Source: an uncultured bacterium (GTDB taxonomy: Bacteria; Acidobacteriota; Thermoanaerobaculia; Multivoradales; JAHZIX01). Taken from it: a DNA stretch of 64,000 nt. The stretch spans positions 576,001-640,000 of the forward strand of contig CBDUPA010000001.1 in NCBI GenBank assembly GCA_965368975.1. The letters are read 5' to 3'. Under the pieces are notes generated by a model. That model saw only the letters and a list, made by a program, of their open reading frames with translations, was not told where the DNA came from and ran no database searches. Made by a program: the position numbers and the translations under genes. Below, piece by piece: positions 34,436-44,476 of this stretch. Every line of letters begins with the position of its first letter. The first letter of the stretch is position 1.

Positions 34436-35197
34436 TCAGTTCGCCGCGGCGAGGCGGTCGTTGCGGATCGCCAGGCCGATCCCCATGAACCGGCCCTGGA
34501 CGCTGTCGTATTGATCAGTGAATTCGAAGCACTCGTACTCGCCCAGCGCCTGCACTTCCCGCCACACGGTCGCCACGTCGGGGTACGTGTCGCTGGCAAT
34601 GTCGTGGAAGGCGAGCATATTCGCGTAGGGGTGCAGGGCTCGAACCTCGTTACGGCAGTGTTCGGCCTCGTGCAGCGAATCGATGAGCACCAGGTCGAAG
34701 CGGCCGTGGCGTTCCAGCAGCTCGGTGAAGGCAGGCTTCTGGGTGTCGAGGCAGGCGAACTCGGCTTTCGGCTGGTACTGCCGACGGTAGGCGTCGAGGG
34801 CGGTACAGGGAATGATGTCGACACCGACGGCGTGATCGAGTGGGGTGAAGCGTTGCAGGTATTCCACCGTCGCGACGAAGGTGCCGCCATGCCGTACGCC
34901 GAGTTCCAGGTAGGACGTGATGCCGAGCCGCGACAGCGCCGCCAGGTAGCGGCCGAATTGGTGTGGGTACTGCCAGATGCGCAGACCCTGGCCGCAGTAG
35001 GGATGGAGGTCCACGGGGTACTCGTCCAAGCCTTCGTCGTTGAGTCCGAGTTCTAGTAGCAGAGGCACGAGTCGCACCGGGTCGCGCAGCCGCTCGCGGG
35101 GACAGGTGCGCAGGAGTGCCAGGCGAGACAACTCGATCGGGCTGGGTGTCAGGCGCTTGAGCCTGCTCCATGCACTGGGTATGCCGGTTGCGCTCAC
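34436..35197 (-). CDS. Class I SAM-dependent methyltransferase (Methyltransf_24/CmcI-like)
   Basis: WQYP, YLELGVRHGGT, GVDI, FDLVLIDS.H, AFHD. Confidence 0.8.
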   Translation of the reverse strand: MSATGIPSAWSRLKRLTPSPIELSRLALLRTCPRERLRDPVRLVPLLLELGLNDEGLDEYPVDLHPYCGQGLRIWQYPHQFGRYLAALSRLGITSYLELGVRHGGTFVATVEYLQRFTPLDHAVGVDIIPCTALDAYRRQYQPKAEFACLDTQKPAFTELLERHGRFDLVLIDSLHEAEHCRNEVRALHPYANMLAFHDIASDTYPDVATVWREVQALGEYECFEFTDQYDSVQGRFMGIGLAIRNDRLAAAN

Positions 35198-36849
35198 GGG
35201 CTTGCCTCCGCAGACTCCGTGGGCTCGGCGCTCGCCTGTGTGCTGGTCAGGGCTGGCGGGCTCAGGGCCTGCTCGCGCGCTTGCCGGCGGTGGGTCTTGC
35301 CGGTGCTCGTACGCGGCAGCGAAGCGATGAATTCGATGTCGCGCGGCACCATGAACTTCTCGAGCACCGTCGTGCAGTGCTCGCGTACCTGCTGGACGTG
35401 TAGGCGGGCGCCGTCGGCTAGCACGAGACGTGCCGCCAGCGCCTGCCCGAGGATCGGGTCGTCGACACCGAAGACCACGGCTTCAGCGACCGCCTCGAGC
35501 TGGAACAAGGCGTTCTCGACTTCTTTGGGCGAGACCAACTCGCCACCGATCTTGAGCATGTCATCGCGGCGGCTGACGAAGTACAGGAAGCCCTCGGCGT
35601 CGAGGCGGAAGAGGTCGCCGGAATGGAGTCGACGGCTGCCGGGCGTGCCCTCGGGATCGGGACGCAGTGCCAGGGACGTCGCGCGGGGCCGGCGCCAGTA
35701 GCTCTGCATCACGTGCGGGCCGCGCACCACCAGTTCGCCGATCCGGCCGCGTTGGTGGATGGCCCGGCCATCGCGATCGACCGGGAAGGCCTCGGTGCCG
35801 GGCATGGCCTTGCCCACCGAGGCCGGCCGTCGCCCGAGCTCGGTCGGGGGAAGGTATGAAACCCTCTTGCACTCGGTGAGGCCGTACATCGAGTACAGCT
35901 GCACCCTGGGCAGGCGTTGACGTAACTGCTCGATGTGGCTCGGCGGCAAGGCCTGGCCGGTGCTCGTGATGTAACGCAGACTGGGCAGTCGGTAGGTGCC
36001 ACGGTGCTGGAAACGCAGCAGGATGGCGATCGACGTCGGTACCAGCGGTAAGCCGGTGATGTGCTGCTGCTCGACCAACCCGATCAGCTGGAACGGATAG
36101 AGGAAGGCGCGTTCGAGTCGTAGCGTGGCGCGGTTGCGGAAAGCGAGCAGCACGTTATAGAGGCCGTAGTCGCAGGACAGCGGTGAGAATCCAGCGATCC
36201 GGTCCGTGGCGCGCAGTTGCAGGTACTGGCTGATCGACGCCGTGGCCTGCAGCACGTTCTCGTGCGTCAGCGCGACGCCCTTGGGGTAGCCGGTGGAGCC
36301 CGAGGTATAGACCAGGCAGCAGAGTTCGTTGCCGTCCAGGTGGTGGTCGAACTCGTCGGCCTTCGGCACGCCAGCGGGGGAGTCTGGCCTCGGAGTCAGA
36401 GCGTCGAGGAAGCCCTGGCGGGGTACGCGCGAAGAGGGGGCGGTGCGGTGTGCGGTCTCGAGGACCCAACGCAGCGGTTTGCAACTGCCGTCGGTCAGCG
36501 ATGGATCGACCCTCTGGGTGATCAGCACGGATGCGCCGGCATCGTCGATGAGGAAACGCAGCTTGGCGGCCTTGACCTCAGGGTGGACCAGCGCGAAGCA
36601 ACCCCCGGCTCGCAGCACGCCGAACATCGAAATGACAGCCTCGACGCTGTTGCCGAGATGGATCAGGACCCGGTCGCGCGAGCACAGGCCACCAGTCCTC
36701 AGAGCTCCGGCGAGCCGGCCGGCAAGCCGATCGAGGCAGCCGTAGCTGAAGGCCTGATCACCGAACAGCAAGCCGATGCGATCCGGCTGTACCGCGGCGA
36801 CATGTTCCAAGAAGTGTCGGACCGACCGATGCGGTGAGGGAGCGGGCAT
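35194..36849 (-). CDS. AMP-dependent synthetase/ligase (adenylate-forming)
   Basis: YTSGSTGYPKG, MYGLTE, SGDLF, R.DD..K..G, TGK; ATG 5 bp after the radical SAM stop. Confidence 0.92.
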   Translation of the reverse strand: MPAPSPHRSVRHFLEHVAAVQPDRIGLLFGDQAFSYGCLDRLAGRLAGALRTGGLCSRDRVLIHLGNSVEAVISMFGVLRAGGCFALVHPEVKAAKLRFLIDDAGASVLITQRVDPSLTDGSCKPLRWVLETAHRTAPSSRVPRQGFLDALTPRPDSPAGVPKADEFDHHLDGNELCCLVYTSGSTGYPKGVALTHENVLQATASISQYLQLRATDRIAGFSPLSCDYGLYNVLLAFRNRATLRLERAFLYPFQLIGLVEQQHITGLPLVPTSIAILLRFQHRGTYRLPSLRYITSTGQALPPSHIEQLRQRLPRVQLYSMYGLTECKRVSYLPPTELGRRPASVGKAMPGTEAFPVDRDGRAIHQRGRIGELVVRGPHVMQSYWRRPRATSLALRPDPEGTPGSRRLHSGDLFRLDAEGFLYFVSRRDDMLKIGGELVSPKEVENALFQLEAVAEAVVFGVDDPILGQALAARLVLADGARLHVQQVREHCTTVLEKFMVPRDIEFIASLPRTSTGKTHRRQAREQALSPPALTSTQASAEPTESAEASP

Positions 36850-36854
36850 CGAGG

Positions 36855-38066
36855 TCAGATACCCCGTGAGTAGAGCAGGTTGCACTTCGAGCACACGGGC
36901 ATCAGACCTTGGTCGATGGTCTGGCGCACGCGCTGGAAAGTCTCGCTGTGCCAGACGTCTTCGACGCTCGCCTCGCTCAGGTTGCCGACGGAAAACTCGG
37001 GGAAGAACTTGCAGGAGATGACCTCCCCGTTGGGGAACACGTCCATGCGGTTCTTGATCGCGGTGCAGCGGGTCTTGCCTTGCGCCGGCCGGTCGCTGCC
37101 GGAAAGGAACTCCTCGAGTTCTTCGAACGCGAGTTCCGGGTTGTAGCGGACCTTGATCTTCCAGCTGCGCTGGTGGATGCGATCGAGCTCTTCGATCAGC
37201 TGGTCCTTGAGCTGGGGACTGAGCTGGTACTTGTAGGCGTGCCAGCTGAAGCGCGCCGTCTCGTGCTCGGAGCACAGCCAGTTGAACTGCCGGGCGTAGT
37301 AGGCGTCCATCTTGGCCGAGGTCGCGGCGGACAGGAACCACGGGAAGCTGAGATAGATCGAGTCCAGCCCCTTGGCTTCGAGGTACTCCGCCAGCGCGGT
37401 GAGCTTGCCGACCATGGGTCCGGTGATCACGCAGTTGACGGCGATCTCGCCCTGGTACTCGCCGCGCCGCTTGTGTTCGAGCAGCAGATCGATACCCGCC
37501 ATGGTGCGCTGGAACGTGCTCTTGCCGCGGATCGCGTCGTGTTCTTCTTCGAAGCCTTCGAGCGCGATCAGTGCCTCGAAGTGATCCGAGATGCGCAGCA
37601 GCGAGGCAAGACGTTTGTCCAGGCCGATGCCGTTGGTACACATGGTGGTCCACCGGGGATCGGCTTCGAGCAGATCGACGAGATCGTCCCAGCGACCGTA
37701 GATCAGCGGCTCGCCGCCCCACAGGTAGACGTTCGACTTCAGCTCGCGGGTGGCGTCGAACACCTTGCGGATGATGCTGAAGTCCATCTCGCGCTTCTGC
37801 TCTGCCTTGCTGAGATCGTGGTGGTGACCATCCTCGTTCCACTGGTAGCAGTGTTTGCAACGCAGGTTGCACCGGTTGGTCAGCTTGAAGGCGATCTCTT
37901 CCGGCAGCGCGCGTACACCCAGGTCGCTCGGCTGCTGACTGCGGTGGGCGCTCAGCAACCCCGGCAAGATCCGCTTCATCTTCTCGAAGGCGACCTGGTC
38001 GAGGGTGACCCCGTCGAGGGCGACCCCGTCGACCGCGTCGACTTTCAGCTCGGATTTCGCTGTCAT
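36855..38066 (-). CDS. Radical SAM protein with a SPASM/twitch domain
   Basis: CNLRCKHC, GGEP, TNG; C-terminal C...NG.V.SC..GNL..CSKC. Confidence 0.92.
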   Translation of the reverse strand: MTAKSELKVDAVDGVALDGVTLDQVAFEKMKRILPGLLSAHRSQQPSDLGVRALPEEIAFKLTNRCNLRCKHCYQWNEDGHHHDLSKAEQKREMDFSIIRKVFDATRELKSNVYLWGGEPLIYGRWDDLVDLLEADPRWTTMCTNGIGLDKRLASLLRISDHFEALIALEGFEEEHDAIRGKSTFQRTMAGIDLLLEHKRRGEYQGEIAVNCVITGPMVGKLTALAEYLEAKGLDSIYLSFPWFLSAATSAKMDAYYARQFNWLCSEHETARFSWHAYKYQLSPQLKDQLIEELDRIHQRSWKIKVRYNPELAFEELEEFLSGSDRPAQGKTRCTAIKNRMDVFPNGEVISCKFFPEFSVGNLSEASVEDVWHSETFQRVRQTIDQGLMPVCSKCNLLYSRGI

Positions 38067-38257
38067 GAACCGGCCCCCGCGGCTTGTGCGGCGAGCAGAA
38101 CCACCCGGCAATGAGGAACCGAGCGGGCAGCGCCGCTGTGCCGTTTCTCGAGTGTTTAGGCGATCAAGCCAGAGAGAGACTAACCTATTTCGAGTGGGGC
38201 GACAAGCGGCGACTGCCCAGGGTTCTCTACCGGCGGGAGTCGTTCCCGAGGGCGAGA

Positions 38258-41215
38258 CTAGAAGCGGAAGCCGACCGAGAAGCGGTAGGTGAGCGGCAGC
38301 TGGTAGGCGTTCTCGCTCACCGCCTGGCCGAACTCCGGATGCTTCTGCCAGTGCACGCCTTCGATCGGCGTGGTGGTCATCGGGTTGAAGCGGTCGCAGC
38401 GGCTGCCGTCGGCTTGACGGCACGCCGAGTTACGGCTGGTGTAGATCGTCTGGCGGACGCTGCTCGGATCTTCGATCCCGGCCTCGTCCCACAGGTTCAG
38501 GATGTCCGCCTGCAGGAACAACTCGATGCCGCGGATGTCGACGCTGTAGTTGATCGCCAGGTCGGTCTGGGTGATGTCGTCGGTGCGGTAGGCCTGGTCA
38601 CCCTCGAAGAAGTAGGTGGCCGTGGTCGGTGCACTCTGATATCCCGGATTGGGGATCGCGCGCAGGTCGATCGTACCGGCGGCATAGTAGGGGTAGCCCG
38701 AGTGGTACTTCTGTAGCAGGGCGAAGTTGAAGTTGCCCACCGAAGTCGGCAGGTCGTAGGTCAGCCACAGGTTGGCACGATGCTCGACGTCACCTGGCAA
38801 CGCCCGATCAGGCTTGTTCCAGGAGAAGTCGATGTACTCAGGGTAGTTGTTGATCGCACCTATCGAATCGGTAGCGCTATTGGAGGCTTCGCCGACCGCG
38901 TTGCCGCGCAACTCGGACCACGTGTAGTTGCCGTTCAGCGACATGCTGCGGTTGAAGCGGTAGGAACCTTGCACCTGGAGGCCGTCGTACTCGCGCGACA
39001 GTCCTGTGGCGTTGGTACCGACGAGCTCGAGGTCGAAGACCTGACCGAGTGCGTTGCTCACCGTACCTGTCTCGAGGTTGGTCCAGTTGGTGTAGAAGTC
39101 GTCCCACTCACGGTGAATGTAGTTGGCTCGGATGTAGCCCTGGCCTCCGAAGGAGTAGCTATAGCCGAGATAAATCTCCTCCATGGTCGGCGACTTCAGG
39201 CCACTGCCGGCGATGCGGGTACTGACTCCCGGCAGGCTGGTGCTGCGCAGGTTGCCGGTGCAGCCGATGGTCGCTTCCGAGCCGACCTCGAAGCCCGGGC
39301 AGTTGACGTTGTAGAACCAGTCGAAAACCATCGTCAGCACGACGTCCGACGGCAGCAACGAGCCGTCCGGAACACCTGGGCCGTTGATCTCCGGGCCGGT
39401 GTAGAACCACGAGAACGACGCCGGCGAACCGGCCGAAGAAGCCTCATCGTTGACGCCGTTGTCGATTGCAGCGGCGTACTGGCCGTAGCCGACCGAGAAG
39501 CGCTGCTTGCCGTCGCCGGCCGGGTCGTAGGTTGCCGACAGCCGGGGGCTGAAGGCATTGTCGTCGGCAGTCGTGGCGCCGGCCTGGTCGACCGACTCGT
39601 TCTTGTCGTAGCGGACGCCGACGTTGAAGCTCCAGTTCTCGTTCAGGTCCCACTTGTCGTTGATGTAGGCCGACTTGGTGGTGCCGTCGGAGGTCTCGCT
39701 CAGCTGCAAGACCGGGAAGAACTGAATGTAGGACTCGTTCGGGTCGACATTGATGAACGTATCGCCGTTGGGATGGCGGAAGTTGCCCCACAGGCGGAAG
39801 CCGCTGCCTCCCTGGTGGTTGTTCTCGTTGCGCAGCTGCGAGAAGTCCTCGTAGCCGGCGACGACATTGTGCGAGCCGAGGTCGTCGGTCGACAAGAAGT
39901 AGGAACCACGCACCTGGTAGTACTCGTTGTCTCGTGACTTCGGCGGGCCACAGATCGCGCAGAAGGTTGGAGACCAAGCGCGACGGCTGCCGGAGAAGCC
40001 GCGCAGGATGGTGCCGTCGATCAGGTCCGTCGTCTGGGCACCTGAGTTGACGAAGGCGAACTCACGCTCGGACCACTGCAAGTCGAGAATGAAGTTCGAG
40101 CTGAGCAGACCGTTGTAGTTGGCCGTGGTCAGGGTGTAGGGAAGAGAGCGGTCGTAAAGCGAGCGTAGATCGGTGATCGAACCGAAGCTGTTGTTGCTCT
40201 GGATGATCTCGCGGTCGAGGTAGGACGCGACCACGGAGTGGCTCTGCGACAGCTGACCGGTGAGCTTGATCTCCCAGCGATCTTCTTCGTCCGCGAAGGT
40301 GTAGGGCAAGTTGGTGTCCCGCGTGTTGCGCGAAGTCTCGCCGTCCTCGATACGGCCGGCGGTGAAGAACCACAGGCGGTCGCGCAGGATGCGGCCACCG
40401 AGGGTGCCTTCCCAGCGATCGTTGATCGAGTCCTCGTGATCCGCTTCGCCCTCGAAGGGGGTCTTGCGCGTCCAATCGTCGTTGGTCAGGGAGTCACGCA
40501 GCGAACCGGAAAATTCGTTGCCGCCTTGCTTGGTGATCGCGCTGACCACGCCACCGGTGAAGCGGCCATACTCGGCGGAGATGTTGCCGGTGATCACGGT
40601 GGTCTGGGAGATGGCGTCCTCGATGAAAACGCTCTGTGGCTGGCCGCGCAGGTTCTCGTTGACCACCGCGCCGTTGACCAGGTAGAGGCTCTCGTACGAC
40701 GGTGCGCCGGAGATCATCACCTGGTCGTTGGGACCTTCGGTCGAGATGCCGGGGGCCAGCTCCGTGGCGCCGCGGATGGTGCGATTGACCGGCAACTGGT
40801 TGATGACCTCGGCGGTGAAGTTCTGCGACATCTCCGAGGTCTCGAGCACGCTCGCCTCGGCGCTCACGTTGAGCACCTCGCTAATCGCGCTCAGGCTCAT
40901 CTCGGCGTTGATGCGGGTCGTCTGGTTGAGCGACACCGTCGCTTCTCGGGTGACCGTTTCCATCCCTTCGAGCTGGAAGCTCAGCTCATACACACCAGGT
41001 GGCAAGGCTGGGAAGATGTAGTTACCGATGGCGTCGGTGACAGTGGTACGGGTGCCCTGCAGGGCGGGTGAAGCGATGGTCACGCTGACACCGGGCAGTG
41101 CCGCGCCCTCGCTTTCCACCGTTCCACGAAGGATGCCGCGCGTGCCTTGCGCGAACAGGGGTGTGGCTATCAGGAAGCTGCACACCAACAATCCCAGGAT
41201 CATTCTGACTCTCAT
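38258..41215 (-). CDS. TonB-dependent receptor (Oar-like, with a carboxypeptidase-regulatory N-domain)
   Basis: Signal peptide; G.LRGTV...LPGV.V; AEYGRFTGGVV; C-terminal FSVGFRF. Confidence 0.93.
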   Translation of the reverse strand: MRVRMILGLLVCSFLIATPLFAQGTRGILRGTVESEGAALPGVSVTIASPALQGTRTTVTDAIGNYIFPALPPGVYELSFQLEGMETVTREATVSLNQTTRINAEMSLSAISEVLNVSAEASVLETSEMSQNFTAEVINQLPVNRTIRGATELAPGISTEGPNDQVMISGAPSYESLYLVNGAVVNENLRGQPQSVFIEDAISQTTVITGNISAEYGRFTGGVVSAITKQGGNEFSGSLRDSLTNDDWTRKTPFEGEADHEDSINDRWEGTLGGRILRDRLWFFTAGRIEDGETSRNTRDTNLPYTFADEEDRWEIKLTGQLSQSHSVVASYLDREIIQSNNSFGSITDLRSLYDRSLPYTLTTANYNGLLSSNFILDLQWSEREFAFVNSGAQTTDLIDGTILRGFSGSRRAWSPTFCAICGPPKSRDNEYYQVRGSYFLSTDDLGSHNVVAGYEDFSQLRNENNHQGGSGFRLWGNFRHPNGDTFINVDPNESYIQFFPVLQLSETSDGTTKSAYINDKWDLNENWSFNVGVRYDKNESVDQAGATTADDNAFSPRLSATYDPAGDGKQRFSVGYGQYAAAIDNGVNDEASSAGSPASFSWFYTGPEINGPGVPDGSLLPSDVVLTMVFDWFYNVNCPGFEVGSEATIGCTGNLRSTSLPGVSTRIAGSGLKSPTMEEIYLGYSYSFGGQGYIRANYIHREWDDFYTNWTNLETGTVSNALGQVFDLELVGTNATGLSREYDGLQVQGSYRFNRSMSLNGNYTWSELRGNAVGEASNSATDSIGAINNYPEYIDFSWNKPDRALPGDVEHRANLWLTYDLPTSVGNFNFALLQKYHSGYPYYAAGTIDLRAIPNPGYQSAPTTATYFFEGDQAYRTDDITQTDLAINYSVDIRGIELFLQADILNLWDEAGIEDPSSVRQTIYTSRNSACRQADGSRCDRFNPMTTTPIEGVHWQKHPEFGQAVSENAYQLPLTYRFSVGFRF

Positions 41216-41354
41216 GCTACCTACCTCCAGCCTCTAGTCCGTGTGGGGTGGGCCTCACCGATGAGGCCACAGACTTCCCGTGCGTCGCCGAAGGCTCACA
41301 GCTTCGCGCGGGCGTTCAACGTTCAAGAGTGGACCCAGCTACAGGGTCTCGACA

Positions 41355-41375
41355 TGTGAAATCTGTGTGAAATCT
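41355..41375. promoter_or_regulatory. Direct repeat TGTGAAATCT x2 (11-bp period) in a divergent intergenic region
   Basis: Copies at 41355-41364 and 41366-41375. Confidence 0.4.
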
Positions 41376-41599
41376 TAGCACGGTGACCCGCATCCGTGGC
41401 TCTATGGGATGTGGTAGATTGCCGGCGTTTCCATGCTCCATGCTGCCGGCCGCTTCACGGAAGCTCCAGCGTGTCGGCAACTCATCTCGTCGCCCGGCCT
41501 GAACCGGTGGCGCACTCCTCAGTGACCTGATTCCCGGCAACCGTAGCTGGGAGCGGATCCGGGGTGTCGTCGACGGGCGATGGTTACGAAAGGGATTTC

Positions 41600-42964
41600 A
41601 TGTTTCGCTCAATTCTGCTTTCTATTGTCCCCGCAGCGTTGCTGCTCTTCGGTCTCGCCTGCGGTGGTGGACAGCCGGCGGATTCGCAAGGCGAGTCCGC
41701 CTCCGCTGAAGATGCCTCCGCTGACGTGTCCCAGGCGACCCCAGCTTCGAACAACCGCTACGACCCGTTCAATTACGCCTTTCCGCGCCCGTCTACAGGG
41801 CCGGATGGCCAGCCTTACACCGGCCCTTTCTTTGATGTACCGGAAGACTGGCCCACGACGCCGCCCGCTGCACCGCAGGGTCCATGGGACAACTACGCTT
41901 CGATCGACACCAGCAACGTCGAAGACTTCATGGTCGACATGCGCAACTATGTCTTCGACGCCCTGTTGCCGGTCGACTGGCGCTATCAAGATCAGCCGGC
42001 GGAAGAGCGTTGGTACTCCGGGCCCTGGATGCCGCGTGAGACCGTGCGCGGCATGTACGATGGCAACAACCAGCCGGCCGGTTCCTACGGTCCGGACCAG
42101 GTCGACTGTGCCGTCAACTACACCCTCGATCTCTACAACCACGTCGGCGGGTATACCTTCGGCGAGGTGTGGGGCAAGGCAGCCAACGTCCACGAGCCCA
42201 ACATCACGGTCACCTCGACGCAGTTCCCCGAGGGCACGGTCGTAGCCAAGCTGGCCATGACCTCGTTGCCCGTCGCGCAGGTGCCGAGTCTGGCCAACGC
42301 GCCCACCTGGTGGATCTATCGCGAGAAAGTCGTAGCCAATGCGGATTGCTCTACGACCAGTAGCGGAGCGCTAGAGTGGATCGAAGTGCGGATCATGCAG
42401 ATGGACGTGATCGTCAAGAACAGCCGCCTGGCGCCCGAAACCGGCTGGGTGTTCGGCACCCTGGCCTACAACCAGGATCCCGATCCGCGCGGCTGGGATG
42501 GCAACCCGGAAACCGAAGCCTGGTACCAGTCTTCCGCCGTCGGCGCCATGTGGGGCAATGACCCCAACGCGCCGAACCCTGGAGACACGCTGACCGAGAC
42601 GGTCATCGGTCCGCATATCAACAGCGTCAACACGGCACTGCTGGGCTACGGTGGTCGCTTGTCCGGTCCCATTGATGGTGGTCAGCCCCAGGCCGGTGCC
42701 ACGCCCGGTTCCTCCTGCATGAGCTGTCACAGTGCTGCCCAGGTCCCCGTGGACTTCGCCCTGCTAGTGCCGGCCGAGCCGATTCAGTCGGGACACACCC
42801 TGATGGACTGGTTCCAGAATCCCGCGGGCAATGTTCCCTTCACCGCGGGCGACATCGCGACGGACTACGACTTCGTCATCGCCGCCGGCGCCGCACATGC
42901 GGCGCAGGGCCAGTTGGGCAAGTCGTTCAGCGAGATGGACACCCTGGTCGGTAGGCACCACTGA
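41600..42964 (+). CDS. Lipoprotein with one C-terminal CxxCH (c-type heme) motif
   Basis: Lipobox GLAC; SCMSCH. Confidence 0.75.
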   Translation: MFRSILLSIVPAALLLFGLACGGGQPADSQGESASAEDASADVSQATPASNNRYDPFNYAFPRPSTGPDGQPYTGPFFDVPEDWPTTPPAAPQGPWDNYASIDTSNVEDFMVDMRNYVFDALLPVDWRYQDQPAEERWYSGPWMPRETVRGMYDGNNQPAGSYGPDQVDCAVNYTLDLYNHVGGYTFGEVWGKAANVHEPNITVTSTQFPEGTVVAKLAMTSLPVAQVPSLANAPTWWIYREKVVANADCSTTSSGALEWIEVRIMQMDVIVKNSRLAPETGWVFGTLAYNQDPDPRGWDGNPETEAWYQSSAVGAMWGNDPNAPNPGDTLTETVIGPHINSVNTALLGYGGRLSGPIDGGQPQAGATPGSSCMSCHSAAQVPVDFALLVPAEPIQSGHTLMDWFQNPAGNVPFTAGDIATDYDFVIAAGAAHAAQGQLGKSFSEMDTLVGRHH

Positions 42965-43030
42965 TCACCGCTGACCTCTGCCCTCGAGAGATCTAGATCT
43001 CGAGCGAGTTCGAGGCAGTGAGTTCGAGAC

Positions 43031-43062
43031 AGAGCCCAGCCAGGGTCCCTTGGCTGGGCTCT
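43031..43062. terminator. Hairpin between convergent genes
   Basis: AGAGCCCAGCCA...TGGCTGGGCTCT 12-bp stem. Confidence 0.55.
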
Positions 43063-43076
43063 TGCCGTCTGCGGGT

Positions 43077-44393
43077 TCAGTGCGGGCAGCGCGGGCCTAT
43101 GTCGAGCAAAACGCGCCAACCCGCGGGGGTGTGCGTCCAGGTCGAGACGAAGGATGAGGTCCAAGTGCCGTCAGGCAGGAATACCGGACCGGTCGAGAGC
43201 CCGCGCTGGCCACTGGCTTCGACGGCCACGCGTTCCGGCCGCCAGGTGAACGGCGGTTCCGGACCCTCTCCGCGCAGCGGCGTCCAGCGCTCCAGCACTG
43301 CCTCAGGGCCACGCAGTGGCTGGTCACCGGCCATGAAGACAACCCCTTCGGCGAGGAAGGTCGCGAAGGCCTCCATGTCGCCGCTCGCGAACGCCGCCGC
43401 GAAGGCGGCCTCGGCGTCACGAAGTTCGACTTCCAGGGCGGAGATGCGGTCGGCGGGTAGGGACACCGGGCCTGTTGCGGCACGCTCGACGAGTTCCAGC
43501 AGTTCCTCGATCTGGTCCGCGTCGTCACTGCGTTGTAGGGCACGCAGCGCCGATGTGCGGGCGTCGGTCGAGCTACCGGCCTGCAGCTGGGCAGCCGCCA
43601 GGCGCGCGTGCGTCGTAGCGCTGTCCCAGAACAGCGAAGCGTTGACCTCGGACAGCTTGACGGCTTCGACGACGTCACCGCGCAGCAGCAGCACGCGCGC
43701 CGCGGAGTAGATCTCGGACTCCGAGCTGGCGAGGTGGCGCACCTGCTGCGCCAGGCCATCGGCACTGACGTTCGGGTCGACGAGCAGTCCGTCCTGCAAC
43801 CAGCGTCGCAGTACGGGGTAGGTCGGGTAGCTTGGCTGGTAAGCGTCGCCGTCCTGGTAGCTGCCGCCGTCGAGGATCGCCAGCAGGTCGCGTTCCAGCG
43901 AGCGCACCGGGTGCTCGACCAGCCGCGCCACTTCGTCGCCGCCGTGACTGACCATGACCGTCGGTACTCGGTAGATCTCGAAGCCTTCTTCTTCGCCGTT
44001 TGGCGAGCGCTTGTGCAGCGTGTCCGTGTTGTCGACCGCGATCAGCTCTACGGCCGAGTCCGCGACGCCGAGCGTGTCCAACAACTTGAGCAGCCGCGGT
44101 ACCTCGCGCCGGCTGTCGCCGCACCAGGTGCCGAAGAAGACGGTGAACTCCAACTCGTCGAGCGCCTGCCCGCGCAGCGCCTCGACGACGTCGGCGTCTG
44201 GATGGTAGTGCGTGTAGCCGGAGGTGAACCATTCGGCGAAGGGAGCTTGCTCGAGCTGCGTTTCGGTCACCGAACCGAGCAGTTTCTCGGGTGTCTCAGC
44301 GCCCGCCGGAACGGCGGCGAAGCTGAGCACCAACTGGAGGGCCGCAGCGGCCAGAGCCGTGGCAGCCAGGGGACGTGAAAGCTGGATGATCAT
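43077..44393 (-). CDS. Secreted thioredoxin-like + TPR-like + NTF2/DUF4440-like fusion
   Basis: Signal peptide; FFGTWCGDS..VP; helical repeat; AE.AF..AF..GD..F..W.V..D.G C-domain. Confidence 0.75.
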   Translation of the reverse strand: MIIQLSRPLAATALAAAALQLVLSFAAVPAGAETPEKLLGSVTETQLEQAPFAEWFTSGYTHYHPDADVVEALRGQALDELEFTVFFGTWCGDSRREVPRLLKLLDTLGVADSAVELIAVDNTDTLHKRSPNGEEEGFEIYRVPTVMVSHGGDEVARLVEHPVRSLERDLLAILDGGSYQDGDAYQPSYPTYPVLRRWLQDGLLVDPNVSADGLAQQVRHLASSESEIYSAARVLLLRGDVVEAVKLSEVNASLFWDSATTHARLAAAQLQAGSSTDARTSALRALQRSDDADQIEELLELVERAATGPVSLPADRISALEVELRDAEAAFAAAFASGDMEAFATFLAEGVVFMAGDQPLRGPEAVLERWTPLRGEGPEPPFTWRPERVAVEASGQRGLSTGPVFLPDGTWTSSFVSTWTHTPAGWRVLLDIGPRCPH

Positions 44394-44476
44394 CCACCGA
44401 GTCTACACCGCCTCGCGCCAGCTACAGCTGGCCTGGGGGCTGCTGGAGGCGACCGATTCCTGCTAGGGTTGCGCCA

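Noticed and set aside
35194-37872. 892-aa ORF as listed in the track
   Set aside because: Its N-terminal third is an out-of-frame overlap with the radical SAM gene; the ligase most likely starts at 36849.
36855-38066. Radical SAM/SPASM protein as the maturase of the 57-aa peptide
   Set aside because: It lies more than 30 kb away in an ACP/GT operon and shows no evident peptide-recognition N-domain; unsupported.
41216-41599. Riboswitch upstream of the TonB receptor
   Set aside because: No recognisable cobalamin or TPP consensus by eye; an Rfam scan would settle it.
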